From assembly GCA_003279765.1 (NCBI GenBank), contig QCHC01000001.1, positions 9,519 to 73,518 on the forward strand: a stretch of DNA of 64,000 nt, read 5' to 3'. The DNA is from Pelagibacteraceae bacterium AG-390-M19. GTDB taxonomy: Bacteria > Pseudomonadota > Alphaproteobacteria > Pelagibacterales > Pelagibacteraceae. A program made the translations under genes and the position numbers. Position 1 is the stretch's first letter; the number at the start of each line of letters is the position of its first letter. Positions 38,690 to 48,450 of the stretch are shown here, piece after piece. The notes below the pieces were generated by a model. That model worked only from the letters and a program-made list of their open reading frames with translations. It did no database searches and was not told where the DNA came from.

Positions 38690-39991
38690 TTAGTCACGTA
38701 TTGCGTAAGCGATTACTCCTGTTTCTGTAACGTCAGTACCTTTGGTTTCAGCTTCTTTACTTAATCTAATACCAAACGTAGCTTTCATTATTGACCAGAT
38801 TATATAGGACACAGCAAACACAAAAATGTTAATTGAAAGTACACCGATTAATTGTGCACTAAACGATGCATCAGTATTTGTTAATGGCACTGCTAATGTT
38901 CCCCAAATACCAGCAAACATGTGAGCTGGGATTGCACCTACAACATCGTCAAGTTTAAAGCTAAATAATAATTTAGTTCCAAACACTACGATCAATCCAC
39001 CCACAGCTCCAATGAAGATTGCTGCTAAAGGTGATGGTGCTAATGGTTCAGCTGTAACAGCTACAAGACCACCGATTGCTCCGTTTAACATTTGAATTAC
39101 ATCTGTTTTACCAAACATTAACCTTGTGATTATTGCAGCAGCCATAACACCACCACAAGCAGCAAGATTAGTATTAATAAATATACTTGATACAGCAACT
39201 GCATCATCAAATGTTCCAATAGCTAGTTGAGATCCACCATTGAATCCAAACCAACCTAACCATAAAATAAATACTCCAACAGTTACTAATGGAATTGAAG
39301 AAGCAGCAAAAGGTTTAATTGCTTTCGCCTCACCTTTACTATCAAATCTTCCATATCTAGCACCTAACAACATGATACCTGCTAAAGCAGCTGCACCACC
39401 TGTTGAGTGTACTAATGTAGAACCAGCAAAATCAGAGAAGCCTAGTTCTGCTAACCAGCCTCCACCCCATTGCCAACCCATAACGATTGGATAAATTACT
39501 CCAGCTAAAATAGCTGCAAATAAGAAAAACGGCCATAGCTTAATTCTTTCAGCCATAGCACCTGAACAAATTGAAACTGTTGTTGCACAGAATACCATTT
39601 GGAAGAACCAGTCTGATCCATCAGCATAACCTGTATCAACTGCACTTGCATCTGACCAAGGTGTAAATGTTCCAATGTATCCTCCTTCAGGAATTCCATA
39701 AGCTAAGTTATAACCAAAAAGCCAAAACATAATTCCGGCGATTGAATATAGACCTATATTTTTAGCACAAATTACTGATACACTTTTTGAAGTTACCATA
39801 CCAGATTCTAGCATCGCAAAACCCGCTGCCATGAACATTACAAGGAAACCACAAATTAAAAATAGAAGCGAATTAAATATCGCTTGAACTTCTCCAGAGA
39901 CAGTTGTCTCTGCCATACCGGCACTACTCATGTTTAATAAAAATATTAAACTTAGAAGCGGTGCTGATATTTTTTTTATTATTTTAGTCAT
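38690..39991 (-). CDS. amtB: Ammonium transporter (upstream copy)
   Basis: DFAGSTLVH, WLGWFGFNGGS, DDVVGAIPAH; GGAGG RBS. Confidence 0.95.
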   Translation of the reverse strand: MTKIIKKISAPLLSLIFLLNMSSAGMAETTVSGEVQAIFNSLLFLICGFLVMFMAAGFAMLESGMVTSKSVSVICAKNIGLYSIAGIMFWLFGYNLAYGIPEGGYIGTFTPWSDASAVDTGYADGSDWFFQMVFCATTVSICSGAMAERIKLWPFFLFAAILAGVIYPIVMGWQWGGGWLAELGFSDFAGSTLVHSTGGAAALAGIMLLGARYGRFDSKGEAKAIKPFAASSIPLVTVGVFILWLGWFGFNGGSQLAIGTFDDAVAVSSIFINTNLAACGGVMAAAIITRLMFGKTDVIQMLNGAIGGLVAVTAEPLAPSPLAAIFIGAVGGLIVVFGTKLLFSFKLDDVVGAIPAHMFAGIWGTLAVPLTNTDASFSAQLIGVLSINIFVFAVSYIIWSIMKATFGIRLSKEAETKGTDVTETGVIAYAIRD

Positions 39992-40066
39992 TAGACCTCC
40001 ACTTGTTTAAATGGTGTCTTATAGTTTTATTAATTTTTAAAACTAACGCTGATTAGGAAAATTGGG

Positions 40067-40083
40067 TATGCAGTATTTGCATA
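40067..40083. promoter_or_regulatory. Palindrome upstream of amt
   Basis: TATGCA-N5-TGCATA. Confidence 0.35.
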
Positions 40084-40086
40084 TAG

Positions 40087-40129
40087 TAACAGCCCTAAAC
40101 GTGTTTTTTACAATCGTTTAGGGCTGTTA
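40087..40129 (-). terminator. Long hairpin after hup, without a 3' U-tract
   Basis: TAACAGCCCTAAACG-N13-CGTTTAGGGCTGTTA perfect 15-bp stem. Confidence 0.6.
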
Positions 40130-40136
40130 AAAAAAA

Positions 40137-40412
40137 TTATCTATTGAATACTTCTTTTAAAGCTTTCGCTGGTAAGAATTTTACTTTCTGAGAAGCAGCA
40201 ATTTGAATCTGCTCACCAGTTCTTGGGTTTCTTCCAACTCTAGCTTTTCGCTTAGCTACTTTGTACGTACCAAACCCAGCAATTTTTACTGAATCATCAC
40301 CTTTTAGAGCATCTAAAATAGTGTTGGTAATTGTATCAAAAGTTCGCTCAGCATCTGCTTTGCTCAAGTTTAATGAGCCAGAAAGCTTAGCAATTAGTTG
40401 TTTTTTGTTCAT
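40137..40412 (-). CDS. hup: DNA-binding protein HU
   Basis: MNKKQLI, GFGTYKV, RVGRNPRTGE, KFLPAKALK. Confidence 0.95.
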   Translation of the reverse strand: MNKKQLIAKLSGSLNLSKADAERTFDTITNTILDALKGDDSVKIAGFGTYKVAKRKARVGRNPRTGEQIQIAASQKVKFLPAKALKEVFNR

Positions 40413-40500
40413 TTTAGCTCCGGTTTTGTTGGTTAATATTTATACTTGTCATAAACGTTGATAAATCAAGCTTTTTTTTAGTGTCATTTTTTTTAAAGAC

Positions 40501-40516
40501 ACACAATATCTTGTTT
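40501..40516. promoter_or_regulatory. NrdR-box-like site upstream of hup
   Basis: ACACAATATCTTGTTT resembles acaCwAtATaTwGtgt; single copy only. Confidence 0.3.
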
Positions 40517-40570
40517 TAATTTAAATTAATGTTGATTTTACTTGTCTTTTTAACAAGTTAGAAAATTAAA

Positions 40571-41683
40571 TTATCTAAATATACCAAGGTCTTTTAGATC
40601 ATTAAATGTGGTGAAAAACATCAATGAAAGCAACAAAAACAAGCCGATTCGAAAAAAGCCTTCTTGGGTTTTTTGAGACAAAGGTCTTCCTAAAATTTTT
40701 TCAAATGCATAAAACATTAAGTGTCCACCATCTAACATTGGTATAGGAAACAAATTAATTAACCCTAAACTTATTGAAATATAAGCCATCATACTAATGA
40801 AAGCTAACACTCCAAAGGTTGCAACTTGCCCTGATATCTTTGCAATTCTAATTGGTCCACCAAGTTGTGAAGTATCTGCTTTCCCCATGATCATGCCACC
40901 GATGTATTTTAAAGATGAAACACTTACAAAATAAACTTCGTTTGCTGCATGGTACAATGCTTGTGCTGGACCTAATTTAACATGATTAATTTTATCATTA
41001 TAAGCACTTAGTTTTATACCAACCATTCTTTTATTAATTTTATTTCCTAAACCATCCTCACCCTCAACAATGTTTGGTTTTATTTTTAAAATTAATTCTT
41101 CATATGAACGCTTAACTTTAAAATCTATAAAGTCTGCTGTTGACATTGTAATATATTTAGAAACTTCCATGATGCTTTTAACTTCATTACCATCAATTTC
41201 TAAAATAATATCTTGGTTTTTTAACCCCCCAACCATTGCGGGACTATCTTTTTGGACTTCACTGATAACTGCAGGAGTAAAATCTTTTCCTACAAAAGTA
41301 TAAATACAAAAAAAGATTACTAAAGCTAATAGAAAATTTGCTAAAGGACCACCAAATACAATTAACACCCTTTGATATAAAGGTTTTAAAATAAATAATT
41401 TATCTCGTTCCTCTTCATTATAATTTTCTAAAATCTCTTCATGATCAGCTTGAGAATAAACATTACGATCTCCAAAAAACTTGACGTACCCACCTAATGG
41501 AATTGCACACACTTTCCATCTAGTACCGTATTTATCGTTCCATCCAAATAATTCTTTACCAAATCCTATAGAAAAATCAGTAACCCCAACTCCATATTTT
41601 CTAGCAAAATAATAGTGTCCATATTCGTGAATAAATACAACTACTAAAATCAGGATTAAAAAAGGTATTATATAACTAAGCAT
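40571..41683 (-). CDS. rseP: RIP metalloprotease RseP
   Basis: HEYGH, FSIGFG, PDZ segment, NLFPIPMLDGGH. Confidence 0.94.
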   Translation of the reverse strand: MLSYIIPFLILILVVVFIHEYGHYYFARKYGVGVTDFSIGFGKELFGWNDKYGTRWKVCAIPLGGYVKFFGDRNVYSQADHEEILENYNEEERDKLFILKPLYQRVLIVFGGPLANFLLALVIFFCIYTFVGKDFTPAVISEVQKDSPAMVGGLKNQDIILEIDGNEVKSIMEVSKYITMSTADFIDFKVKRSYEELILKIKPNIVEGEDGLGNKINKRMVGIKLSAYNDKINHVKLGPAQALYHAANEVYFVSVSSLKYIGGMIMGKADTSQLGGPIRIAKISGQVATFGVLAFISMMAYISISLGLINLFPIPMLDGGHLMFYAFEKILGRPLSQKTQEGFFRIGLFLLLSLMFFTTFNDLKDLGIFR

Positions 41684-41762
41684 TAACTAACATTTTAAAT
41701 GAATATAAGATCATTAACAACCTAACAATCATCAGTAATATTGACGCTTTTTGTCTTAATAA

Positions 41763-43109
41763 TTAAATATTGAATTTATCTTTAAATCTATAAAACCAAA
41801 CTGCTAATTTAAAATAAAATACTCTTAATTGTGGAAAAATAAATTTCTTAGGTAAACCTTTGTAAATTAACGAGATATCTAAGTCTTTACTATTTGATGA
41901 AAAAACTAACTTAGATAGTTGTTTTCCAGTCCATGGTGCAGCACTAACCCCTACGCCGCTATAACCAAATCCATAATAAATTTCTTCATTATCTATTTTA
42001 CCAATTGAAGGAGTAAGTTTTTGAGATAAAGCAATTAAACCTCTCCAATTATAATCAATTTTTACATTGTTCCATTTAGGAAAAATATTTTTTAAAAATT
42101 GTTCCATATCATTTGCTCTATTTTGATTTGATTGATCACTTCCTTCAAAATCTCCTCTGGTTCCAAACAAAATTCGATTATCAGGTAACTTTCTATAATA
42201 ATATAAAAGGTTTTTTGAGTTAGCTATTGGGGCATAAGTATTAAAGTTATGTAAGCTAAGCTCTTCATTTGTTAATGGTCTTGTTACAATAATATTTGAA
42301 ATAACAGGTAATACTCTCCCATCCATTTCAGGAATTAATCCTTCTTGATAAAATCCATTAGTTGCAACTACAATTTTTTTTGTTTTTATTGATCCTTCAC
42401 TAGTTCTTAAAAGATAAGAGCTATTTTCTTTTTCTATTTTTTCAACTTTTGTGTGCTCATAGATTTTTAATTTTTTAGACAAAGCATATTTTGTAAGTCC
42501 GTTTACAAATTTTAAAGGGTTGATTGCAAAACCAGGTTTATATGAAAAAGCTCCAAATTGCTCAGTTCCACCATGACCTACTTCATCAAACTCTTCTTTT
42601 GAATATACTTTAGTCTCTATTCCAAATTCAGACTTATAAACTTCTGCTTGTTCTTTGATTTGATCAAACTTATTTTTATGATGAGCTACAACAAAGTTAT
42701 TTTCACCAGTTACATCACAATCAATATTATAATTATCAATTAATTCCTTAGTGTAATTAGCTCCTTCAACTGAATTTTTAAAAAATTTTCTAGTCTCCTC
42801 CGTTCCATAAACAGATTGCATTTTTTTATAAGACATTTTGCTTGGAGGAAGACAGCAAAATCCTGCATTACGAGAAGAAGCACCCCAACCTACTTTTCCA
42901 GCCTCAACCAAAATCACATCTAAATTATAATTTTCAATTAAGTTAATTGCACAGAGTAAACCAGTATAACCACCACCTATAACCACTATTTCTGAACCAA
43001 TATCTTTTTGAAGTTTATCTAAATTTAAATTTTCACTTGATGTTGCTTCCCAGTAACTACTAACAGGTTTGTTGAACTGATAAATATCTGGGTGATAAAC
43101 ATTATTCAT
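41763..43109 (-). CDS. FAD-dependent oxidoreductase (DAO family; TauY/PuuB-like)
   Basis: SYW, IGGGYTGL, GWGASSRNAG, ATNG, GYSGVGV. Confidence 0.85.
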   Translation of the reverse strand: MNNVYHPDIYQFNKPVSSYWEATSSENLNLDKLQKDIGSEIVVIGGGYTGLLCAINLIENYNLDVILVEAGKVGWGASSRNAGFCCLPPSKMSYKKMQSVYGTEETRKFFKNSVEGANYTKELIDNYNIDCDVTGENNFVVAHHKNKFDQIKEQAEVYKSEFGIETKVYSKEEFDEVGHGGTEQFGAFSYKPGFAINPLKFVNGLTKYALSKKLKIYEHTKVEKIEKENSSYLLRTSEGSIKTKKIVVATNGFYQEGLIPEMDGRVLPVISNIIVTRPLTNEELSLHNFNTYAPIANSKNLLYYYRKLPDNRILFGTRGDFEGSDQSNQNRANDMEQFLKNIFPKWNNVKIDYNWRGLIALSQKLTPSIGKIDNEEIYYGFGYSGVGVSAAPWTGKQLSKLVFSSNSKDLDISLIYKGLPKKFIFPQLRVFYFKLAVWFYRFKDKFNI

Positions 43110-43558
43110 TTATCAAGTGAACCACTTAATACATATTTTAATATTCTAACTGCTTGTTTTTGATCTGAAGCAACAGCAGCTGCAGCAGCATCTACTTCTT
43201 TTAAAGCATGTTGGTGTTCTTCATTATGAATAATTATTATTGATTTATTTAAAGCGGCTGCATACCCTGCATCAAATGCAGCATTCCATTGTTTATATTT
43301 TTCACCAAATTTAACAATGATCACATCACAATCTTTAATGGATTTTTTAGTTCGAATTGAATTGATATTAGCCCCTTTTCGATCTTTCCAAAAATTTTTC
43401 TCCTCAGGACCTAAGATTTCAACTCCACAATCATCTGAAGATGCATGGTCTGTGACAGGAGATAAAAATTGAATGTCTAAATTTTGTTTTTTACATTCAT
43501 CAATAATTTCATCACGCCAATTTGTGTGAATTTCTCCTGCTAAATATACTTTCAACAT
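43106..43558 (-). CDS. YtoQ family protein (nucleoside 2-deoxyribosyltransferase-like fold)
   Basis: VYLAGEIHTNWR, FGEKYKQWNAAFDAG, HALKEVD; AAGGAG RBS. Confidence 0.85.
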   Translation of the reverse strand: MLKVYLAGEIHTNWRDEIIDECKKQNLDIQFLSPVTDHASSDDCGVEILGPEEKNFWKDRKGANINSIRTKKSIKDCDVIIVKFGEKYKQWNAAFDAGYAAALNKSIIIIHNEEHQHALKEVDAAAAAVASDQKQAVRILKYVLSGSLDK

Positions 43559-43643
43559 CAATATCTCCTTAAAACTTAATTTTTTTATCCAATATTATCT
43601 TTAATTTAATTTAATAAAAAATAGATTATATTATAAATTAATT

Positions 43644-44129
43644 ATGCCGTCATTTGATGTAATTAGCAAAATTAATTATCAAGAATTTGATAATGCTTTA
43701 GCAAATTGCTTGAGAGAAATAAGCAATCGATATGATTTTAAAGGACTTCACATAACTATAGAACGAAAAGATAAGACAGTTACTACCAATGCTCCAGATG
43801 AATTAAAATTAAAGCAAGTCAATGAATTGCTACAAACACACTTAGTGAGACGAAAAGTAGATCCAAGAGTTTTAGAAGTTAAAAGTTCAGAGGGCGCTTC
43901 GGGTGGAGCAATTCGACAAGTAAGTGAACTTAAAGAAGGAATTAGCCAAGAAAATGCTAAAAAGGTAATTGCTGACATTAAAAAACTAAAACTTAAAATT
44001 CAGATTAAAATTCAAGGTGATGAGTTAAGAGTTGATGGTAAAAAAAGAGATGATCTTCAAGAAGCTATAGCAGCAATTAAAGCTATAGATATTGGGCTTC
44101 CGCTAGACTTTGTAAACTTTAGAGATTAA
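43644..44129 (+). CDS. yajQ: YajQ nucleotide/c-di-GMP-binding protein
   Basis: MPSFDVIS, RYDFKG, IQGDELRVDGKKRDDLQ, NFRD. Confidence 0.93.
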   Translation: MPSFDVISKINYQEFDNALANCLREISNRYDFKGLHITIERKDKTVTTNAPDELKLKQVNELLQTHLVRRKVDPRVLEVKSSEGASGGAIRQVSELKEGISQENAKKVIADIKKLKLKIQIKIQGDELRVDGKKRDDLQEAIAAIKAIDIGLPLDFVNFRD

Positions 44130-44212
44130 TCCTCTCAAACTATTTATTGTAATTGGTACAAAAAGATATAAGCAGACACTCAATTACTTAAAATTTACTT
44201 CATCCCAACATA

Positions 44213-45508
44213 ATGAACTTCTCTGATCTAAAAATTGAAAATAAATTAAAAAAATCGATTGAATTAGCTGAATTTAAAACTCCAACCCCTATTCAAAGTA
44301 AATCAATACCAATTAGCTTAGAGGGAAAAGATGTTTTGGGTACTGCTCAAACAGGTACTGGTAAAACACTAGCATTCACAATTCCAATGTTGAATAAGCT
44401 TTTAAGAGATAAGCAAGCAATGGCATTAATAATTTGTCCAACAAGAGAACTTGCAACACAGGTAATGGAAACTGTTTTAAAACTTAATATTAGAGAAATA
44501 GGAATTGGTAATGCTCTTTTAATCGGTGGTGAGAGTATGCAAAAACAACTTAGACAATTAAAAAAAAGAGCAAGAATAATAGTTGGAACTCCTGGAAGAA
44601 TTAACGATCACATTGAACGTAAAAGTTTAAACTTATCAAAAGTAAATTATCTAGTCTTAGATGAGACGGATCGAATGTTGGATATGGGATTTACTCCTCA
44701 AATTGAACTGATTTTAAAATTTATTCCAAAAGATCATCAAACATTATTATTTTCTGCAACTTTACCTGAAAACATTTTAAAAATTTCACAAAAATATCTT
44801 AACAATCCTGAAAGAGTATCTGTTGGTTCTTTATCAACTCCAATTGAAAAAATTAAACAAGAAACTTTTCAAATCACAGCTGACAAAAAATATCATGAGC
44901 TAATTAACCAATTAGTTGAAAGAAGTGGATCTATTTTAGTTTTTGTTAAAACTAAACATGGTGCGGATAAAATTGTAAAAAGATTAAAATATGATGGTCA
45001 TAAAGCTGATGCAATACATGGAAATCTTAGACAAAGTAAAAGAGACAGAGTTATTAGAGGATTTAGAAATGGTAATAGCAGAATTTTAATTGCAACCGAT
45101 GTTGCAGCAAGAGGATTAGATATTCCAGTAATCAAACATGTTATAAACTATGATCTTCCACAAGTTCCGGAAGATTATATTCACAGAATAGGTAGAACTG
45201 GTCGTGCTGGAAAAGATGGTTCTGCTTTAACTTTTTTAACAAACAATGACAGAGGTATGTGGAGATCTATACAAAAATTAATAGATCCTGACTTTAAGGT
45301 TAAAGAAGAAGCAAGACCAAACAATCAAAAGAGTAAGAAATTTAATAAAAAAAATAAATTTAAAAAGAAATTTAAGAATAAATTTTCTAAAAATAAATTA
45401 AGTAAAAAGAAGAAATTCAAAAAATTTGAAATTAAAGATAATAAAAGAAAATTTAAAAATAGAAAAAGACCTAAAAACTTTAAGTTTAAAAAAAATAAAA
45501 GAAAATAG
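44213..45508 (+). CDS. DEAD-box RNA helicase (DETD variant) with a Lys-rich tail
   Basis: PTPIQ, AQTGTGKT, PTRELA, TPGR, DETD, SAT, ARGLD, HRIGRTGR. Confidence 0.93.
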   Translation: MNFSDLKIENKLKKSIELAEFKTPTPIQSKSIPISLEGKDVLGTAQTGTGKTLAFTIPMLNKLLRDKQAMALIICPTRELATQVMETVLKLNIREIGIGNALLIGGESMQKQLRQLKKRARIIVGTPGRINDHIERKSLNLSKVNYLVLDETDRMLDMGFTPQIELILKFIPKDHQTLLFSATLPENILKISQKYLNNPERVSVGSLSTPIEKIKQETFQITADKKYHELINQLVERSGSILVFVKTKHGADKIVKRLKYDGHKADAIHGNLRQSKRDRVIRGFRNGNSRILIATDVAARGLDIPVIKHVINYDLPQVPEDYIHRIGRTGRAGKDGSALTFLTNNDRGMWRSIQKLIDPDFKVKEEARPNNQKSKKFNKKNKFKKKFKNKFSKNKLSKKKKFKKFEIKDNKRKFKNRKRPKNFKFKKNKRK

Positions 45509-45510
45509 AT

Positions 45511-46131
45511 TTATAATTTTTGTATTAAAGAAGCCGTGTTATTTGTAGGCTTATTTACATCTTTAGAAATTTCATGGAATATAAGATCTGGTGATTTACG
45601 TTCATTTAAAAACGCTGACCCTTGTAATTCTAAATTTAGATATCTATTAACATCCGCTTGATTAAGAATAACTGGTTGACGGTGATGAATTTCCTTAATG
45701 TTTTCTTTTGCTTCTTCTGTAATTAAACAAAACTGATCACCTTCAAAAATACCAGCAAAATAAATAGTATTATTATCTTCACGAGTAAAGTAATGAGGAG
45801 TTTTTTCTTTCTCTTCCCTCTTCCATTCATAAAATCCATCTGCAACAGCAACACATCGATTGTTTTTAATCAATTTTTTAAAGGAAACTTTTTCATCAAT
45901 TGTCTCTAATCTTGCATTAATCAGGGCTTTAAAATCTTTATCTTTTGCCCAGCTTGGAACTAAGCCCCATTTCAAACCTTCTAAAGTATTTCCATTTTTA
46001 TATTTTTTTATGACTGGAAGTTTTTGATAAGGATGAGCATTATAGTTTTCGTTATCCTCAACCTGAATTGCGGATTTAACTAGAGAACTTGTTTTAGTAA
46101 CTGGATTTTTTACAACGTATCTTCCACACAT
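45511..46131 (-). CDS. SRAP/YedK abasic-site processing protein
   Basis: N-terminal MCGR, WGLVPSW, INARLE, GFYEW, IHHRQP. Confidence 0.9.
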   Translation of the reverse strand: MCGRYVVKNPVTKTSSLVKSAIQVEDNENYNAHPYQKLPVIKKYKNGNTLEGLKWGLVPSWAKDKDFKALINARLETIDEKVSFKKLIKNNRCVAVADGFYEWKREEKEKTPHYFTREDNNTIYFAGIFEGDQFCLITEEAKENIKEIHHRQPVILNQADVNRYLNLELQGSAFLNERKSPDLIFHEISKDVNKPTNNTASLIQKL

Positions 46132-46132
46132 T

Positions 46133-46681
46133 TTAAATTGTTTGTTCTTTCATCAAATCTTCAATTTGTTTTATCATAATTTCTGGAGATCGCATGGACG
46201 GATAAATCTCTTGAGCTTGTTTGTAGCTTCTAATTGCTTTTTCAAAATTTTTTAACTGAATGTTTACTAAACCCTGCCCTGCTAAGGCACCAAAATGTCT
46301 TGGTTCTAATTCTAAGACTTTATCAATATCATCTTGTGATTTTTGAAATTCTCCTAACATATAAAGTACAGTAGCTCTCTTATTCCAAGCCTCAGCCCAA
46401 TTTTCATCAAGGTTTATTACTTCTGTAAATATTTCTCTTGCTCTTTTTGGCTGTTGGTTTCTTATAAACATTGAACCTTCTTCTAAACGAGCTGTAAGTT
46501 TTTCATTAGTTGGATGAGTACTCCATAAAGACCAAATTTCCTGCTCAACAATAGCTGCAACTTTTGCTTTATTAACTTTTAGTTCATTAAACAATTGATT
46601 AAGTCTAACATCTCTATCATTTGCAAAAGAACTCGTTAAAGAAAATAAAAAAATTAAACAAATTAAAAGTACTCTCTTCAT
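46133..46681 (-). CDS. Exported TPR protein
   Basis: Signal peptide; AEAWNKRATV, LEPRHFGALAG. Confidence 0.85.
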   Translation of the reverse strand: MKRVLLICLIFLFSLTSSFANDRDVRLNQLFNELKVNKAKVAAIVEQEIWSLWSTHPTNEKLTARLEEGSMFIRNQQPKRAREIFTEVINLDENWAEAWNKRATVLYMLGEFQKSQDDIDKVLELEPRHFGALAGQGLVNIQLKNFEKAIRSYKQAQEIYPSMRSPEIMIKQIEDLMKEQTI

Positions 46682-46721
46682 AATTAGATATTACCAAATA
46701 AGAGAATTAGAGTCTTTGTTC

Positions 46722-47174
46722 TTATGTATTTTGATTAATATTTTTACAACTATAAAAAGAAATATCCTTTTCTTTCTCTTCTAGTTTAATATTTTTTGTA
46801 ATTTCGTGAACAAGCTCACCTGTTTTAATAGTTAAAACTGCAGATTCTGAATAATTCTTTTCATCATCAAAAGCTTGAATTAGAACCACATCTTTATTAG
46901 AAATTTTTACCTCTAGTTCAATTTTATCAATAAAATTAGATAAATTTTTAATATTCAATACATTTGGTGATTTAGACTCAATTACAAGTTTATTAATATT
47001 ATCTCTATTAATTTGATCTTTTGTAAATGTTTCAAAGTTATGATCTGGATTTTTTAAAATTACTTTTTCAAATGCACACACAAGATTTAAATTTCTATCT
47101 ACAGTAATGTTTGTATTTTGTGCATTAGCATAACTTAAGCAAAGGAAACTTATAACAATTAGCAATTTTTTCAT
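46722..47174 (-). CDS. Exported hypothetical protein
   Basis: Signal peptide; Cys near each end of the mature chain. Confidence 0.7.
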   Translation of the reverse strand: MKKLLIVISFLCLSYANAQNTNITVDRNLNLVCAFEKVILKNPDHNFETFTKDQINRDNINKLVIESKSPNVLNIKNLSNFIDKIELEVKISNKDVVLIQAFDDEKNYSESAVLTIKTGELVHEITKNIKLEEKEKDISFYSCKNINQNT

Positions 47175-47786
47175 TTAATTTATAATATTAATAATACTTT
47201 TTTTAATAGTTTCACTTACTTTAATTGTTCCTTCTTTATTGGGGTGAATTCCATCTTGCTGATTTAAACTTGGGTCGAGTGCAACCCCCTCAAGTAAAAA
47301 TGGGATCAAAGGTAAATTATATTTTTTTGATAATTTTGGATAAATTGCATCAAACTCTTTTTTGTATTCAGCACCATGCGTAGTTGGAGCAACCATGCCT
47401 GCAATAATAATTTTAATTTTTTTATTATTAGCTATCTTTATGATTTCTTCTAAATTTTTCTCAGTTTCTTCTGGTTTTATTCCTCTAAGCATATCATTGG
47501 CACCCAAACCTAAAATGATTAAGTCAATGCCAGGTTCAGATAAACTCCATTCAGCAATGTTCAATCCTCCTGAAGAAGTACTTCCAGAAACACTGCTATT
47601 AATTATCTTTATACTTAAACCATCTTTTTTAAAATTATCTTCTAATACTACTGATAAGTGATGTTCTTTAGGTAAACCATATCCGGCCATCAAACTATCC
47701 CCAAATAATACTACCTTTTCTATTGCGAATGCGTTTATGTGCACTAGAAAGATTATCAAAATTTTTATAAATAAACTTTTATTCAT
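47175..47786 (-). CDS. tesA: SGNH arylesterase/thioesterase I
   Basis: FGDSLMAGY, LGAND, DGIHPN; start moved to ATG 47786 (MNKSLF, signal peptide). Confidence 0.88.
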   Translation of the reverse strand: MNKSLFIKILIIFLVHINAFAIEKVVLFGDSLMAGYGLPKEHHLSVVLEDNFKKDGLSIKIINSSVSGSTSSGGLNIAEWSLSEPGIDLIILGLGANDMLRGIKPEETEKNLEEIIKIANNKKIKIIIAGMVAPTTHGAEYKKEFDAIYPKLSKKYNLPLIPFLLEGVALDPSLNQQDGIHPNKEGTIKVSETIKKSIINIIN

Positions 47787-48450
47787 GAGTGATCTTCTTA
47801 AATTAAAAAAAATAAATCTCAAATACCAAACTGGTAAAGAAAGTATCAATGTTTTAAAGAATATTGATCTTACCATTAAGAAAAAAGAGACAGTTTCTGT
47901 CGTAGGTGAAAGTGGATCTGGTAAAACTAGTTTGATTATGCTGGTTGGAGGGTTGGAAAAACCAACTTCTGGTAAAATTATTTTTCAAGATCAAGTAATT
48001 ACTAGTTTAAATGAAGATGAAGTTTCAGAAATAAGAAAGAAAAATATTGGAATTATGTTTCAATCTTTCTACTTAATTCCAAATTATACTGCGGTTGAAA
48101 ACGTTGCTTTAACACTAGAGTTAAATAATTTTAAAAATCCTGAGACTGAAGCGAAAACTTTATTAGATAGATTTGGTTTAAAGCATCGTTTTAATAATTT
48201 ACCTAGTCAGTTATCTGGTGGTGAACAGCAAAGAGTTGCGATTGCAAGAGCGATAGCAATGAAACCTGAATTGATCTTGGCTGATGAGCCTACTGGAAAC
48301 TTAGATACTGAAAACTCATTAATGATTTCAAATATTTTATTTAAATATGTAAAAGAGGAAGGATCTTCCTTAATCATGGTAACGCACGATCCAAAACTAG
48401 CTAATAAAGCAAAAAGAAAAATTAAAATAAAAGATGGAAAAATTAAATAA
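47785..48450 (+). CDS. ybbA: ABC ATP-binding protein (YbbA-like)
   Basis: GESGSGKT, LSGGEQQRV, ADEPTGNLD, VTHD; ATG 47785. Confidence 0.88.
   Translation: MSDLLKLKKINLKYQTGKESINVLKNIDLTIKKKETVSVVGESGSGKTSLIMLVGGLEKPTSGKIIFQDQVITSLNEDEVSEIRKKNIGIMFQSFYLIPNYTAVENVALTLELNNFKNPETEAKTLLDRFGLKHRFNNLPSQLSGGEQQRVAIARAIAMKPELILADEPTGNLDTENSLMISNILFKYVKEEGSSLIMVTHDPKLANKAKRKIKIKDGKIK

Noticed and set aside
45511-46131. SRAP gene as a sign of a prophage or mutagenesis cassette
   Set aside because: No integrase, umuDC/imuAB or phage genes nearby; housekeeping context.
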